A stretch of 64,000 bases of DNA from a virus: the IMG/VR virus record IMGVR_UViG_3300036770_008715, positions 76,074-140,073 of that record; one strand, 5' to 3'. Numbering within the stretch: the stretch's first letter is position 1; every line of letters starts with the position of its first letter. Below the pieces are notes generated by a model that saw nothing but the letters and a program-made list of their open reading frames with translations, was not told the DNA's origin and ran no database searches. The position numbers and the translations under genes were made by a program. Below are positions 47,442 to 55,510 of this stretch, piece after piece.

Positions 47442-50218
47442 TGGCAGAAAAACCTAAGAATAAGCCAACAAAGAAAACCAAGAAACTTCTTGAGGATCTT
47501 GAATCGCTCAGCACAATGGATTTCGCAAAAGAAAGATATCGCGAAACCAGAGGAGCAGGCGGAAGCAGAATTAGCGCACTACAGGCTAGCGTCAAGCGTT
47601 ATGGCGAAGCTGGCGAGGCCAAGCGCACACTAGCCACTGGTAAAAAAGGTGGCGCCGAAGAATTCTTCAAATATGCTGGATTTGAAAACCTTGGTATGAT
47701 TGCTGGCGCTTTGTTTGATCGCAAGGCAACCAAAGAAGAAACAGAAGCTGCTCGCCAGACTCTTGGTATGAATAGTCAGGAAGAAGAGAAAAAAGAAAAG
47801 AAAGAAAAGGGTGGAGTTGATTCTAAGAAAGTTGATTATATTGTTAAGTCATCTCAAGATATAAAAGCTAAAATGGCGTCGATCTATGGTGCAATTGCAC
47901 AGATTGATAAAAACGTATCTTATATTGTTGATCGGGTTGCGCCCAAACTTCTTGAAGCCAAAGAAGAAGGCGGCGAAGGCAGGAAACTATTACAGTTCGA
48001 TCCACTAGCTCCAGCTGGCGAACAGTTCAGGCAAATAGCTGATTCTGGTAAAGCAACAGTAGCAAAGGCACCAAAAGAATACATGAAGTCTGCTACAATG
48101 AAAGCAGCACTTATGGGATCAATGCCACCTCCAGCTGCAGCGACAACAGGCACATTCCAAGATCCAACCGAAAAAAGTTTTACCGAAGAATTTGCAAAGG
48201 AAGATCCAATTGCTATTCTTCGTCAAGATATGAATACTAACTTTGAGAAGCTATTCAAGATTCTGGAAGAACAAAAAGAACAAATGGATAGTATGAACAC
48301 TCCTTTGGGAAGTTTGTTGAGTATGGTTCCAACCGTAGTGGGGCTCGGATCGCTCGGTCCCATGCTAAAGAAAGTTGGAGGGGTTATACCAAAACTTGGT
48401 AAATTCTTGGGCCCAGCTGGTGCAGCTGCAATGGCAGGTTATATTGGTTATGAAGTTGGTAGTTGGCTGAATGAGAAATTCAAACTATCCGATAAACTTC
48501 TCAATCTTATGCCAGATCCAGATATCACTCCTGAGCAAAGAAAGAAAGCTGCCGAGGAATCGAAACTTCCAGGGCAAGACGAAAGGCTGGCAGAAATTGG
48601 CTGGAAACAAGAAACAGACGATGAAGGGAATAGAATCTATACAGATTTGAAATCTAATAAAACATATAGATTCAATGAACTGACAAAAGAACAGCAGAAC
48701 GCTATTGTTGATGCTAGAATGGCCGTTCCAAAAGAACCAAGCGGAATGCGAGGCGCACCAATTCCAGCGCAGTATGAAGAGCCATATGATTCTGTTCGGA
48801 ATCCAATGCCTGGAACAGAGGGGGCGAAAAAGCCTGCTGCAGCAGCATCATCAACTCCATTGATGACAGTAGAACAGGCGCTAACTCCAACAGGAAAAAT
48901 ATCTGAGGCTGCACCAAACTCTGGCCCTCCATTAATGATGAAGTCTGCTGCTAATAAAGAAGGTGGAATTCCTAACGTTGCTCCAACACCACCCAAGAAA
49001 GTCAGCAATCAGCAGGGAAAGAACTCAATGATCAAGGCTCTTGATAAAAAAGGAGTCACTGATCCAAAAGCCAGAGCTGCTATTATGGCGCAGGTTGCCC
49101 ATGAATCTGGTGGATTTACTCAATTGTCTGAGAATCTGAAGTATTCTCCACCAAGACTAAAGCAAGTATTCTCATATTATAAGAGAAATCCTGAAGAAGC
49201 TGCAATCGATGCAGGCAATCCAGTTGCAGTTGCGAGTAAGGCATATGCAAGTCGACTTGGTAATGGTCCACCTCCAACAGGTGACGGCTGGGAATATCGT
49301 GGCCGTGGATTTATTCAGCTAACTGGTAAATCCAACTACAATCGATTTGGCGTCAATAACCCTGACGATCTACTCAGTCCAGATAAAGCCGCCGAGAATG
49401 CAGTTAATTATATGCTTGGATACAAAGGCGATTGGAGCGATGTAGCTGGTGTTACCAGATATGTCAATGGTAATGCTATGCTTGGCCTTAGCGAGCGAGC
49501 TGGATACTTTGATTCATTCCTGAACGATCCAGAAGTAACTCAAGGAGGGAGCGCTGAAGCTGCTGCTGGTGGCGATACCAGTTCTTCCGCAGCTGCTGGA
49601 GCTGGTGGAGGTGCAATTGGTGTAGCTGCAGCGCCTGTAGGTGATACGGGAAATCAAGAAATACAAAGTGCACTTGGATCATTGACGTCAATGGCTGGAG
49701 CAGCCGAAGCAGTAGCGGGCGAAACTGCACTACAACAAAGCGGAGTTGTGTCGGGCGCACCTGGTGGTCCAGTCATACCAGCGGCAACAGGAGAGGGAAC
49801 AGTACCTTCTGAACAAGGAGAGGGGATTACCAAATCACAAACAAATGCCTTGTTAGATATCGCCGCCCAGAACAGAGCAAAGAATTCTGGTATCAGCGTA
49901 GAACAAGCAAAATCTGAATTATCTTTTGCTCCACAGGCTACTATTCAACCAATCCAAACAGTTAGTGGAATGGGAATGGATGTTGCATCTCAAGCAATGG
50001 AAATGGGTAAAGCTACACTCGCTGCTACTCAGGCCGCGCCGACTATTGTAATGCCTCCAGCACAACAAGCGATGGCGCCGCAACAACCCCAACAAAAAAC
50101 TAATCCGTTAGCTGTTCTTGGTGAAGTTGCAACCAGAGCAGCAGAGAGTGCATTCCAAAGAGCCATATCAAAGGACTTCTCTCACCCAACTGCCTTTACA
50201 ACGATTGGTACAATATAG
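47441..50218 (+). CDS. Tape-measure-like tail protein with a GH19 (chitinase/lysozyme-like) peptidoglycan hydrolase domain
   Basis: 925 aa, helical Ala/Gly-rich; AIMAQVAHESGGF...ENL.YS...YASRLGNG...GDGW.YRGRGFIQLTGKSNY...VTRYVNG...GL.ER is the GH19 signature. Confidence 0.8.
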   Translation: MAEKPKNKPTKKTKKLLEDLESLSTMDFAKERYRETRGAGGSRISALQASVKRYGEAGEAKRTLATGKKGGAEEFFKYAGFENLGMIAGALFDRKATKEETEAARQTLGMNSQEEEKKEKKEKGGVDSKKVDYIVKSSQDIKAKMASIYGAIAQIDKNVSYIVDRVAPKLLEAKEEGGEGRKLLQFDPLAPAGEQFRQIADSGKATVAKAPKEYMKSATMKAALMGSMPPPAAATTGTFQDPTEKSFTEEFAKEDPIAILRQDMNTNFEKLFKILEEQKEQMDSMNTPLGSLLSMVPTVVGLGSLGPMLKKVGGVIPKLGKFLGPAGAAAMAGYIGYEVGSWLNEKFKLSDKLLNLMPDPDITPEQRKKAAEESKLPGQDERLAEIGWKQETDDEGNRIYTDLKSNKTYRFNELTKEQQNAIVDARMAVPKEPSGMRGAPIPAQYEEPYDSVRNPMPGTEGAKKPAAAASSTPLMTVEQALTPTGKISEAAPNSGPPLMMKSAANKEGGIPNVAPTPPKKVSNQQGKNSMIKALDKKGVTDPKARAAIMAQVAHESGGFTQLSENLKYSPPRLKQVFSYYKRNPEEAAIDAGNPVAVASKAYASRLGNGPPPTGDGWEYRGRGFIQLTGKSNYNRFGVNNPDDLLSPDKAAENAVNYMLGYKGDWSDVAGVTRYVNGNAMLGLSERAGYFDSFLNDPEVTQGGSAEAAAGGDTSSSAAAGAGGGAIGVAAAPVGDTGNQEIQSALGSLTSMAGAAEAVAGETALQQSGVVSGAPGGPVIPAATGEGTVPSEQGEGITKSQTNALLDIAAQNRAKNSGISVEQAKSELSFAPQATIQPIQTVSGMGMDVASQAMEMGKATLAATQAAPTIVMPPAQQAMAPQQPQQKTNPLAVLGEVATRAAESAFQRAISKDFSHPTAFTTIGTI

Positions 50219-50220
50219 AG

Positions 50221-50233
50221 TGGTGCCTCGGAG
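50221..50233 (-). pseudogene. 3' remnant of a disrupted tRNA (CT-CCGAGGC-A-CCA)
   Basis: Its acceptor strand pairs perfectly with GCCTCGG at 50812-50818; discriminator A plus CCA. Confidence 0.65.
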
Positions 50234-50234
50234 T

Positions 50235-50311
50235 TGGTGCCCATGGTGAGATTTGAACTCACACTTGAAGCATTTTAAGTGCTTTGCCTCTGCCAATTGG
50301 GCTACACGGGC
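50235..50311 (-). tRNA. tRNA-Leu(UAA), short variable arm, CCA encoded
   Basis: GCCCGTG TA GCCCAATTGGCAGAGGC A AAGCA CT-TAA-AA TGCTT CAAGT GTGAG TTCAAAT CTCAC CATGGGC A CCA. Confidence 0.9.
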
Positions 50312-50754
50312 TACTTAACCTTTTGAGATCTTCCCCCTTTATGGTTTAAGGATATTTTTCTTTTATGTTGTTCGCTTTTTGGTTTACCTCTATTCCCACT
50401 TCCAGAGGTATTTCCAATAGATAATTCACTTCGTAGTGCTCGAGCACCATCTTCTCCATGTTTTTCAATGAGTTTATCCCAACCAGATTTCCATGTACCA
50501 TGACGTTTTGCATCATCGATATTTTCTTTTCTAGTCCCCCAATATAAATGTTTTGGATTAGAACAATTTTGGTTTCCACAATTATGGCATAAATCTATTC
50601 TCTGCCCCGTTGGAAAATTAGTCCCAAGATATTCTGCCAAAACACCTCGATGTACTGTAGAGTTTCCTCCCCTTTCAATACATAATTCTTGCATATCTAA
50701 ATGAGCAGTTCTAATTTGCCTTGGTGTAGTTATCCATTCTTCTACTAAAATCAT
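50311..50754 (-). CDS. HNH homing endonuclease with C-terminal NUMOD3-like DNA-binding motif
   Basis: DLCHNCGNQNCSNPKHLYWGTRKENIDD (HNH/His-Cys) and GNRGKPKSEQHKRKISL. AAGGA Shine-Dalgarno precedes ATG 50754; the G of the TAG stop is nucleotide 1 of tRNA-Leu. Confidence 0.85.
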   Translation of the reverse strand: MILVEEWITTPRQIRTAHLDMQELCIERGGNSTVHRGVLAEYLGTNFPTGQRIDLCHNCGNQNCSNPKHLYWGTRKENIDDAKRHGTWKSGWDKLIEKHGEDGARALRSELSIGNTSGSGNRGKPKSEQHKRKISLNHKGGRSQKVK

Positions 50755-50784
50755 TTGAATTTCCTTTTTTGGTAAACGCAAACT

Positions 50785-50792
50785 TATTTAGT
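50785..50792 (-). promoter_or_regulatory. Late-promoter-like ACTAAATA upstream of the HNH gene
   Basis: Variant of the TATAAATA late box, identical to the variant at 44949. Confidence 0.5.
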
Positions 50793-50802
50793 ATTTTTAT
50801 AC

Positions 50803-50818
50803 ATTTCGCCACCGAGGC
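50803..50818 (-). pseudogene. 5' remnant of a disrupted tRNA (GCCTCGG-TG-GCG-AAAT), Leu-like
   Basis: Begins 5 nt after the tRNA-Gly CCA; acceptor strand plus U8, G9 and the start of the D-stem. Confidence 0.65.
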
Positions 50819-50823
50819 AAAAT

Positions 50824-50897
50824 TGGAGCGGGGTATGGGAATCGAACCCATGTAGCTAGCTTGGAAGGCTAGATCACAACCACTATGACAACCCCGC
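50824..50897 (-). tRNA. tRNA-Gly(UCC), CCA encoded
   Basis: GCGGGGT TG TCAT AGTGGTT GTGA T CTAGC CT-TCC-AA GCTAG CTAC ATGGG TTCGATT CCCAT ACCCCGC T CCA. Confidence 0.93.
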
Positions 50898-50905
50898 TAC
50901 AATCC

Positions 50906-51793
50906 TCAGTCGTCAGCTAGATTCTTGAAGTATGACAGTTCATCATCGTCATCTAGACTGACACTTTCAGCAGCAGGCTTCTTAGCCTTTGGTGGATTCC
51001 AAGGAGCTTCGTCCTCGTCAACCTTTGGAGCAGCCTTTGCAGCAGCACCACCAGCACCAAGAACGCGATCCAGTTTGGCCTTCAGCTCATCATAGGTCTT
51101 GAAGTTTTCAGGCTTCAAGAAATCCTGGAGAGAGTGAGAGGCTTTCCAGACTTTTTCAATTTGCTTATCGTCACCGTCAAACAGAGAAGAAGCAGCTTCG
51201 AACTCTGACTTATCGTAGTTACGATAGCCTTCATAGTTACGGATCTTGAGTTTGAAGTTGGCACCCTTCCAGAAATCAAAAGGATTCATTGGCTTCTCAT
51301 CTTCAAACTCTGGCTGAAGCTGTGCATTGATTTTCTCAAAGACCTTCTTACCATACTTGAAGAGGAAGACTTTGCCTTCGTTTTCAGGATGTTTGGGATC
51401 TGAAATCACAAGGATGTTGGAGATGTAAGACAGCTTACGCTTTTGCTTACGGGCAGTTTCCTTGTTGGCTTCGATGCCACTGTTCCAGAGCTGGGTATTC
51501 AGCTCGCCAACGGGATCGTTCTTACCGATCGTCGTCAGTGAGTTTTCGATATACCAGCCACCAGGACCTTGGAAGCCATGTGACCAGATCTGGACCCAGG
51601 GAAGGCCATTCTCGCCATCAGCTGCAGGTGCATCAAGGAAACGGATTACAGCATAACCATTACCCGACTTATCAACATCAGGTTGCCAGAATCGCTCATC
51701 TTTAGATGGAGCAGCATTAGGCTTCGAAGATGACTCCATTGCGGAGCGGAGTTTGTCGAGTGAGTTGGTTTTTTTAAGTGCGGAAATATTCAT
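50906..51793 (-). CDS. gp32: Single-stranded DNA-binding protein
   Basis: DERFW.P.VDKSGNGYAVIRFL, HGFQGPGGWYIENSLTT, FDFWKGANFKLKIR...GY.NYDKSEF, acidic tail. Confidence 0.97.
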   Translation of the reverse strand: MNISALKKTNSLDKLRSAMESSSKPNAAPSKDERFWQPDVDKSGNGYAVIRFLDAPAADGENGLPWVQIWSHGFQGPGGWYIENSLTTIGKNDPVGELNTQLWNSGIEANKETARKQKRKLSYISNILVISDPKHPENEGKVFLFKYGKKVFEKINAQLQPEFEDEKPMNPFDFWKGANFKLKIRNYEGYRNYDKSEFEAASSLFDGDDKQIEKVWKASHSLQDFLKPENFKTYDELKAKLDRVLGAGGAAAKAAPKVDEDEAPWNPPKAKKPAAESVSLDDDDELSYFKNLADD

Positions 51794-51849
51794 TAGTATG
51801 TCCTCGTATTACGGTGTATTAAGTTATCCAAATTGGCATAACGATACTA

Positions 51850-52452
51850 TTATATAGCTTCCAGAACTGAAAGTAAAATGTTTTTATACTTCTTCACATC
51901 AACATTGAGGAACGCACCATATTTGCGAACCTTCAATGAAACTTTTGGATAGATGATATCATCTTCAATCTTCTTATCCCAAATTGTAATGAAATTCATC
52001 ATGCTGTTAAGAACAGTCAGAGTTTCAAGTGTAATGTCATTCACTTGGTATGCTGTCAGTATCTTTGGATAGTCCCCATCAGTTACAAACAGCTTGTTAA
52101 ATTCTTTTGGTGATCTTTCGTTGGGCATCAGCCTAGCAAGATCATCTTTAAATATCTGGCTCATACTCTGATTAATTTTGATCCAGTTGGTATATACCTC
52201 TCTTGCTTCATCAGACAACAAATCTTTTGTCCATGTATGATTGTTATGGACAAAGTTAGCTACAAGAAACGGTACAATCTCTTCCTCTTTGTATTTGCGA
52301 GCCAGTTTATGGAACATGAACTTGTCCCGCCTTCGCTCAAATGAATCAAGCGTAGCATTCGTCTTACCATTATAAACAAAGAAGTTGTATGTTGGCGTAC
52401 CAAAATGCAACTTTATTGCTTGATATGTTTTAAACACATCAAAGCCATTCAT
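51850..52452 (-). CDS. gp59: Helicase loader
   Basis: F..Y.AIKLHF....YNFF.YNGK......F..R.DK..F.KL, I.LETL. Confidence 0.9.
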   Translation of the reverse strand: MNGFDVFKTYQAIKLHFGTPTYNFFVYNGKTNATLDSFERRRDKFMFHKLARKYKEEEIVPFLVANFVHNNHTWTKDLLSDEAREVYTNWIKINQSMSQIFKDDLARLMPNERSPKEFNKLFVTDGDYPKILTAYQVNDITLETLTVLNSMMNFITIWDKKIEDDIIYPKVSLKVRKYGAFLNVDVKKYKNILLSVLEAI

Positions 52453-52673
52453 ATAGGAAGTCGATTATTAGACCTTGGCATGTAACGAAGATCTTGTGCA
52501 TCTTCTTGTAAACGATATCGAAGAACATCGTTGACCAAACTAGCTGCAATCTCAAGCTCAATCTGCATCTCTTCGCAATAGGTAATCATTGCGTCAAGGT
52601 GATCAGTCTTGAGTGTTTCTGCACGCTCTAGAATAATATTTGAAAACGAATTCTTCTCTTCCCTAGTCATCAA
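52449..52673 (-). CDS. gp33: Late transcription coactivator
   Basis: F...I......DA...YCEE..IE.E....L....L...L..EA..L.Y.P...RLPI; adjacent to gp59. Confidence 0.88.
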   Translation of the reverse strand: MMTREEKNSFSNIILERAETLKTDHLDAMITYCEEMQIELEIAASLVNDVLRYRLQEDAQDLRYMPRSNNRLPI

Positions 52674-53257
52674 CCACCCTCACGATAGAATCGGTGCGAC
52701 CCGATTGTTGCAATATAAAGCATTTTATCACTCCAATATGGCCTAACACTATTCTCATGGAAATGCATAGTACCAGAGTCTATTATAGCCGATTTTTTCT
52801 CATTAGCCAAAACTTCTTTGGCGATCTCTAGAGATTCCAAATACTTGTTTGGGTATTTGATATGATCAGGTTTGCCGTCGCAAGTCCAGGCAAACTGACA
52901 TTTTTTAGCTCTTGGCCTTTTCTCCCAGACTACACCACAAATGGTTTTGGGATACTTATCAGAGTTGACTCGATTGAGAGTCACAGTAGCAATGGCGAGT
53001 TTTTCTTCGTAGGATTTATTTCCTGATTCAAAGTAGATGTTCATAGCAAGGCAAGTTAGTTCTTTTTCGTTTAGTTGTTTCTCCTTTGCAGATAAATTTA
53101 CGGTTGCTTGCAATACTTCAGACTCAACAGTACATTGATTTAGTTCATGCTTCAGCATGTCTTGTTTAATATAAGCATTGTCTAGTGCGAGAACCATTCC
53201 TAGGGCCACGATTAACGAAAATTGTATCAGGTAGCCTTTGTAGTTTGGCTTGTGCAT
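52670..53257 (-). CDS. Cell wall hydrolase (SleB/Hydrolase_2) with N-terminal hydrophobic anchor
   Basis: CLA.NIYFES, A.VTLNRV....P.TICGVV, CQF.W.CDG, HFH...V.P.W, IG.H.FY. Confidence 0.9.
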   Translation of the reverse strand: MHKPNYKGYLIQFSLIVALGMVLALDNAYIKQDMLKHELNQCTVESEVLQATVNLSAKEKQLNEKELTCLAMNIYFESGNKSYEEKLAIATVTLNRVNSDKYPKTICGVVWEKRPRAKKCQFAWTCDGKPDHIKYPNKYLESLEIAKEVLANEKKSAIIDSGTMHFHENSVRPYWSDKMLYIATIGSHRFYREGG

Positions 53258-53664
53258 TACACCTCCTTTCTATCTACAGTCTCCCATACATCGGTTGATG
53301 ACATTCTATATGTACCAATATACTCATACTTATCCCATCTTTCAGGTTCAATCAAACTCAAAATATAATCATCGTCAATTACTCTGTATAGATGATATTC
53401 TTGGCCCACAACTGGAACAAAACTATACCTAGCCTTATAGATTAAATCATTCAATTGTACTTCCATCACAAATTCCTCATATAATTTTTTTATTTCCTCG
53501 AACCTTGTTTGGAAATGGTTTCTGACGGTTTGTGATTTATTCTTTTTAAATAAATCTACATCAGGAATGTGTATCGTGGGCGCTGATGGCGTAATTCCAT
53601 ATGGAAGAAGATTGGGTTTACTGAGATCATCCCTTTCCTCGCTGTGGTTGTATTTTAGATTCAT
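53257..53664 (-). CDS. DUF2452-like hypothetical protein
   Basis: LLPYG....AP.I...A.YSF.PVVG..YHLY......LSLI.P..W. Confidence 0.65.
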   Translation of the reverse strand: MNLKYNHSEERDDLSKPNLLPYGITPSAPTIHIPDVDLFKKNKSQTVRNHFQTRFEEIKKLYEEFVMEVQLNDLIYKARYSFVPVVGQEYHLYRVIDDDYILSLIEPERWDKYEYIGTYRMSSTDVWETVDRKEV

Positions 53665-54485
53665 TATATCGATTCATATTTCGAGATTAAATCAGTAAGA
53701 TCTGTTGGTCCATAATCTTGGAAAAATTTTGCTCGGCGCATCAACTCAGTTTGATCAAAAACATGACTTGATCCCATTCCTCTTTGTAGATCAGTAATAG
53801 GAATACTTTTTTGTATAGCCATTCTGCGATCAATGAGGCTTTGAGTTAGGGGCGAATAACCATACCAAAGAATGCGAAATTCTGGAGTTGGTGTTCCCCA
53901 TGCATGTCTACCAGGACCAGGGTTAACCAAGTAATTATGTGCTCCTGTGTGTAGGAGCCTCATATAACGACAACTAATATTTCCGATCCCCGACTTAAAA
54001 ATTTCTTGATGAAGCCTGGAATAATCAGCAGGTTCATTAGCCCACTCCTGCTGGATTCCAAAAGTTCTTTGTTTGATCAAAGGCTCATCTTTATTTGGTT
54101 CAACATTTTGTAGTTCTGGCGGATCAACCATAATATCTTCAGCAACAAACATAAAACAACCTTCATAGGTTGCTTTCAACTTTGAGGTGTCGCCGATAAA
54201 AAACTCAGTAACATTCAGGGCTATCTGCCAGACGCCTTTGAATTGCCTATTGATTATTTCTTGTACGCTGAAGACTTCAAAGTCGCAGGCCTGTGCACTA
54301 AAATTATTATTGACAGATCTGATAACTTGCCAGTGAGGAGCTAGTTCTCTGATGATGTCAACAGAATTATCAGTTGATCCATAGTCAATTATAACCCCAG
54401 AATCAAACTTATTTACATGATGTTTAAGCCACCAAGGCAACAAATACTCTTCATTCTTAATATGCGAAATAACAACTTTATTCAT
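53664..54485 (-). CDS. Glycosyltransferase family 2-like protein
   Basis: NEEYLLPWWL.HH...FD..VIIDY.STD.SV.I...W...LN.TEF...GRH. Confidence 0.8.
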   Translation of the reverse strand: MNKVVISHIKNEEYLLPWWLKHHVNKFDSGVIIDYGSTDNSVDIIRELAPHWQVIRSVNNNFSAQACDFEVFSVQEIINRQFKGVWQIALNVTEFFIGDTSKLKATYEGCFMFVAEDIMVDPPELQNVEPNKDEPLIKQRTFGIQQEWANEPADYSRLHQEIFKSGIGNISCRYMRLLHTGAHNYLVNPGPGRHAWGTPTPEFRILWYGYSPLTQSLIDRRMAIQKSIPITDLQRGMGSSHVFDQTELMRRAKFFQDYGPTDLTDLISKYESI

Positions 54486-54852
54486 GCATTATCTCCAGCA
54501 ATTCATGCTCGCGATCAAGATACTTATATTCCACCTTAACAGGCTCGAACTGGTCAAGTTCTTTTAGAACTGCATTTGGATCAAATGGTCCGCACGTGTA
54601 GACGTCAAACTGCATCAGATGAGGATCGCATTCGTCCCAGCAATGAAGTGCAATATGCGAAGTCTCAATAATAACAACTGCGGTCAGGCCACGATTGCCA
54701 GGCATTTCAACATAGGCTGAGATGGGGCCAGCACAGACCTTCATGCCGATCTTGGCGACTAGTTCTTTCAACCATTCAACAGTCCAATGCGTATCAATTG
54801 GAGCCTTCTTAACTTCGGCTCGAATGATTAAGTGCTTATGAACTAGTGTCAT
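54478..54852 (-). CDS. speD: S-adenosylmethionine decarboxylase proenzyme
   Basis: HKHLI, GNRGLT....IETSHI.LH.W (autocleavage motif), Q.DVYTC. Confidence 0.88.
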   Translation of the reverse strand: MTLVHKHLIIRAEVKKAPIDTHWTVEWLKELVAKIGMKVCAGPISAYVEMPGNRGLTAVVIIETSHIALHCWDECDPHLMQFDVYTCGPFDPNAVLKELDQFEPVKVEYKYLDREHELLEIMHE

Positions 54853-55174
54853 CTTTTGTCCCGCCTGTATATGGTTTTGCAAAACCTTCGGTAATCATTG
54901 ATTGGTTGATGCTTTGATCATCAAACTCGATATCCGCCAAAAAATATCCCCACTTACTTTGCTTATAAGTTGTAAAAGTGAGAGTTTTATTTAGTGTTTT
55001 TTCAATAAGAGCTTGTTTTGCTTCTTCAAACCCAGGCTGGCCTCTTTCTGGTGTATCAATTCCTGCAAGCCGCAACCGTTGCTTGATCTTCAGTTTGAAG
55101 CCGAGATCTAACTCAGCATCAACTGTATCACCATCAACGACGTTGTATACAATACCAGAAAAGATGTATTCCAT
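54836..55174 (-). CDS. Thermonuclease (SNase-like) family protein
   Basis: VVDGDTVD...DLGF....R.RL.GIDTPE, K.G..LA, N..M...G.A..Y.GG.K. Confidence 0.88.
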   Translation of the reverse strand: MEYIFSGIVYNVVDGDTVDAELDLGFKLKIKQRLRLAGIDTPERGQPGFEEAKQALIEKTLNKTLTFTTYKQSKWGYFLADIEFDDQSINQSMITEGFAKPYTGGTKDDTSS

Positions 55175-55201
55175 AGTATCCTAAACTCAGTTAGAATTAG
55201 A

Positions 55202-55234
55202 TGAAGTTTTCTGTTGCCAGGATAACTTCAAACC
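55202..55234. repeat. 33-bp direct repeat, copy 2 (hairpin, duplicate of the tmRNA 3' end)
   Basis: TGAAGTTTTCTGTTGCCAGGATAACTTCAAACC, identical to 55478-55510. Confidence 0.95.
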
Positions 55235-55250
55235 TCAAATCGTATCTATA

Positions 55251-55451
55251 TCAAAAACGGATAGGATTGTTGTTACTCAAAAGTTCTTTGGCCCTTTCTT
55301 TGGCCCTAACTATTTCCTCTTCGGTTGGTGGTGGTGAAGGTTCTCTTTCAGAATTATCAGTTTTACGTTGCTGTGAGTTCTTTTTTGTTTGTATGGCAAC
55401 ACATACAACAGCAATTACAATAACAGCGGCTATTACTGAAACTATCTCCAT
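55251..55451 (-). CDS. Small membrane-anchored protein
   Basis: 66 aa; N-terminal hydrophobic helix; GAGGA Shine-Dalgarno; lies between the two 33-bp repeats. Confidence 0.7.
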   Translation of the reverse strand: MEIVSVIAAVIVIAVVCVAIQTKKNSQQRKTDNSEREPSPPPTEEEIVRAKERAKELLSNNNPIRF

Positions 55452-55477
55452 TTATAAATCCTCTCTGTGGTAGTAAG

Positions 55478-55510
55478 TGAAGTTTTCTGTTGCCAGGATA
55501 ACTTCAAACC
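55478..55510. repeat. 33-bp direct repeat, copy 1 (tmRNA coding-piece 3' hairpin)
   Basis: Same sequence as 55202-55234; internal inverted repeat TGAAGTT..CTG-TTGC-CAG..AACTTCA. Confidence 0.95.

Noticed and set aside
23070-50218. Contractile injection system or T6SS of a bacterial chromosome
   Set aside because: gp2, gp4, gp32, gp33, gp59 and T4-type late promoters identify a T4-like phage genome.
50234-50802. Group I intron interrupting a tRNA
   Set aside because: There is no room for a ribozyme core outside the ORF and inner tRNA, and the anticodon and T arms of the outer tRNA are missing, so splicing could not restore it.
55202-55510. 33-bp partly palindromic repeats as a mini CRISPR array, with the nearby Cas4-like nuclease
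   Set aside because: Only two copies, separated by 243 bp that contain a gene. The repeat is the tmRNA 3' hairpin, and the nuclease is a common T4-like exonuclease.
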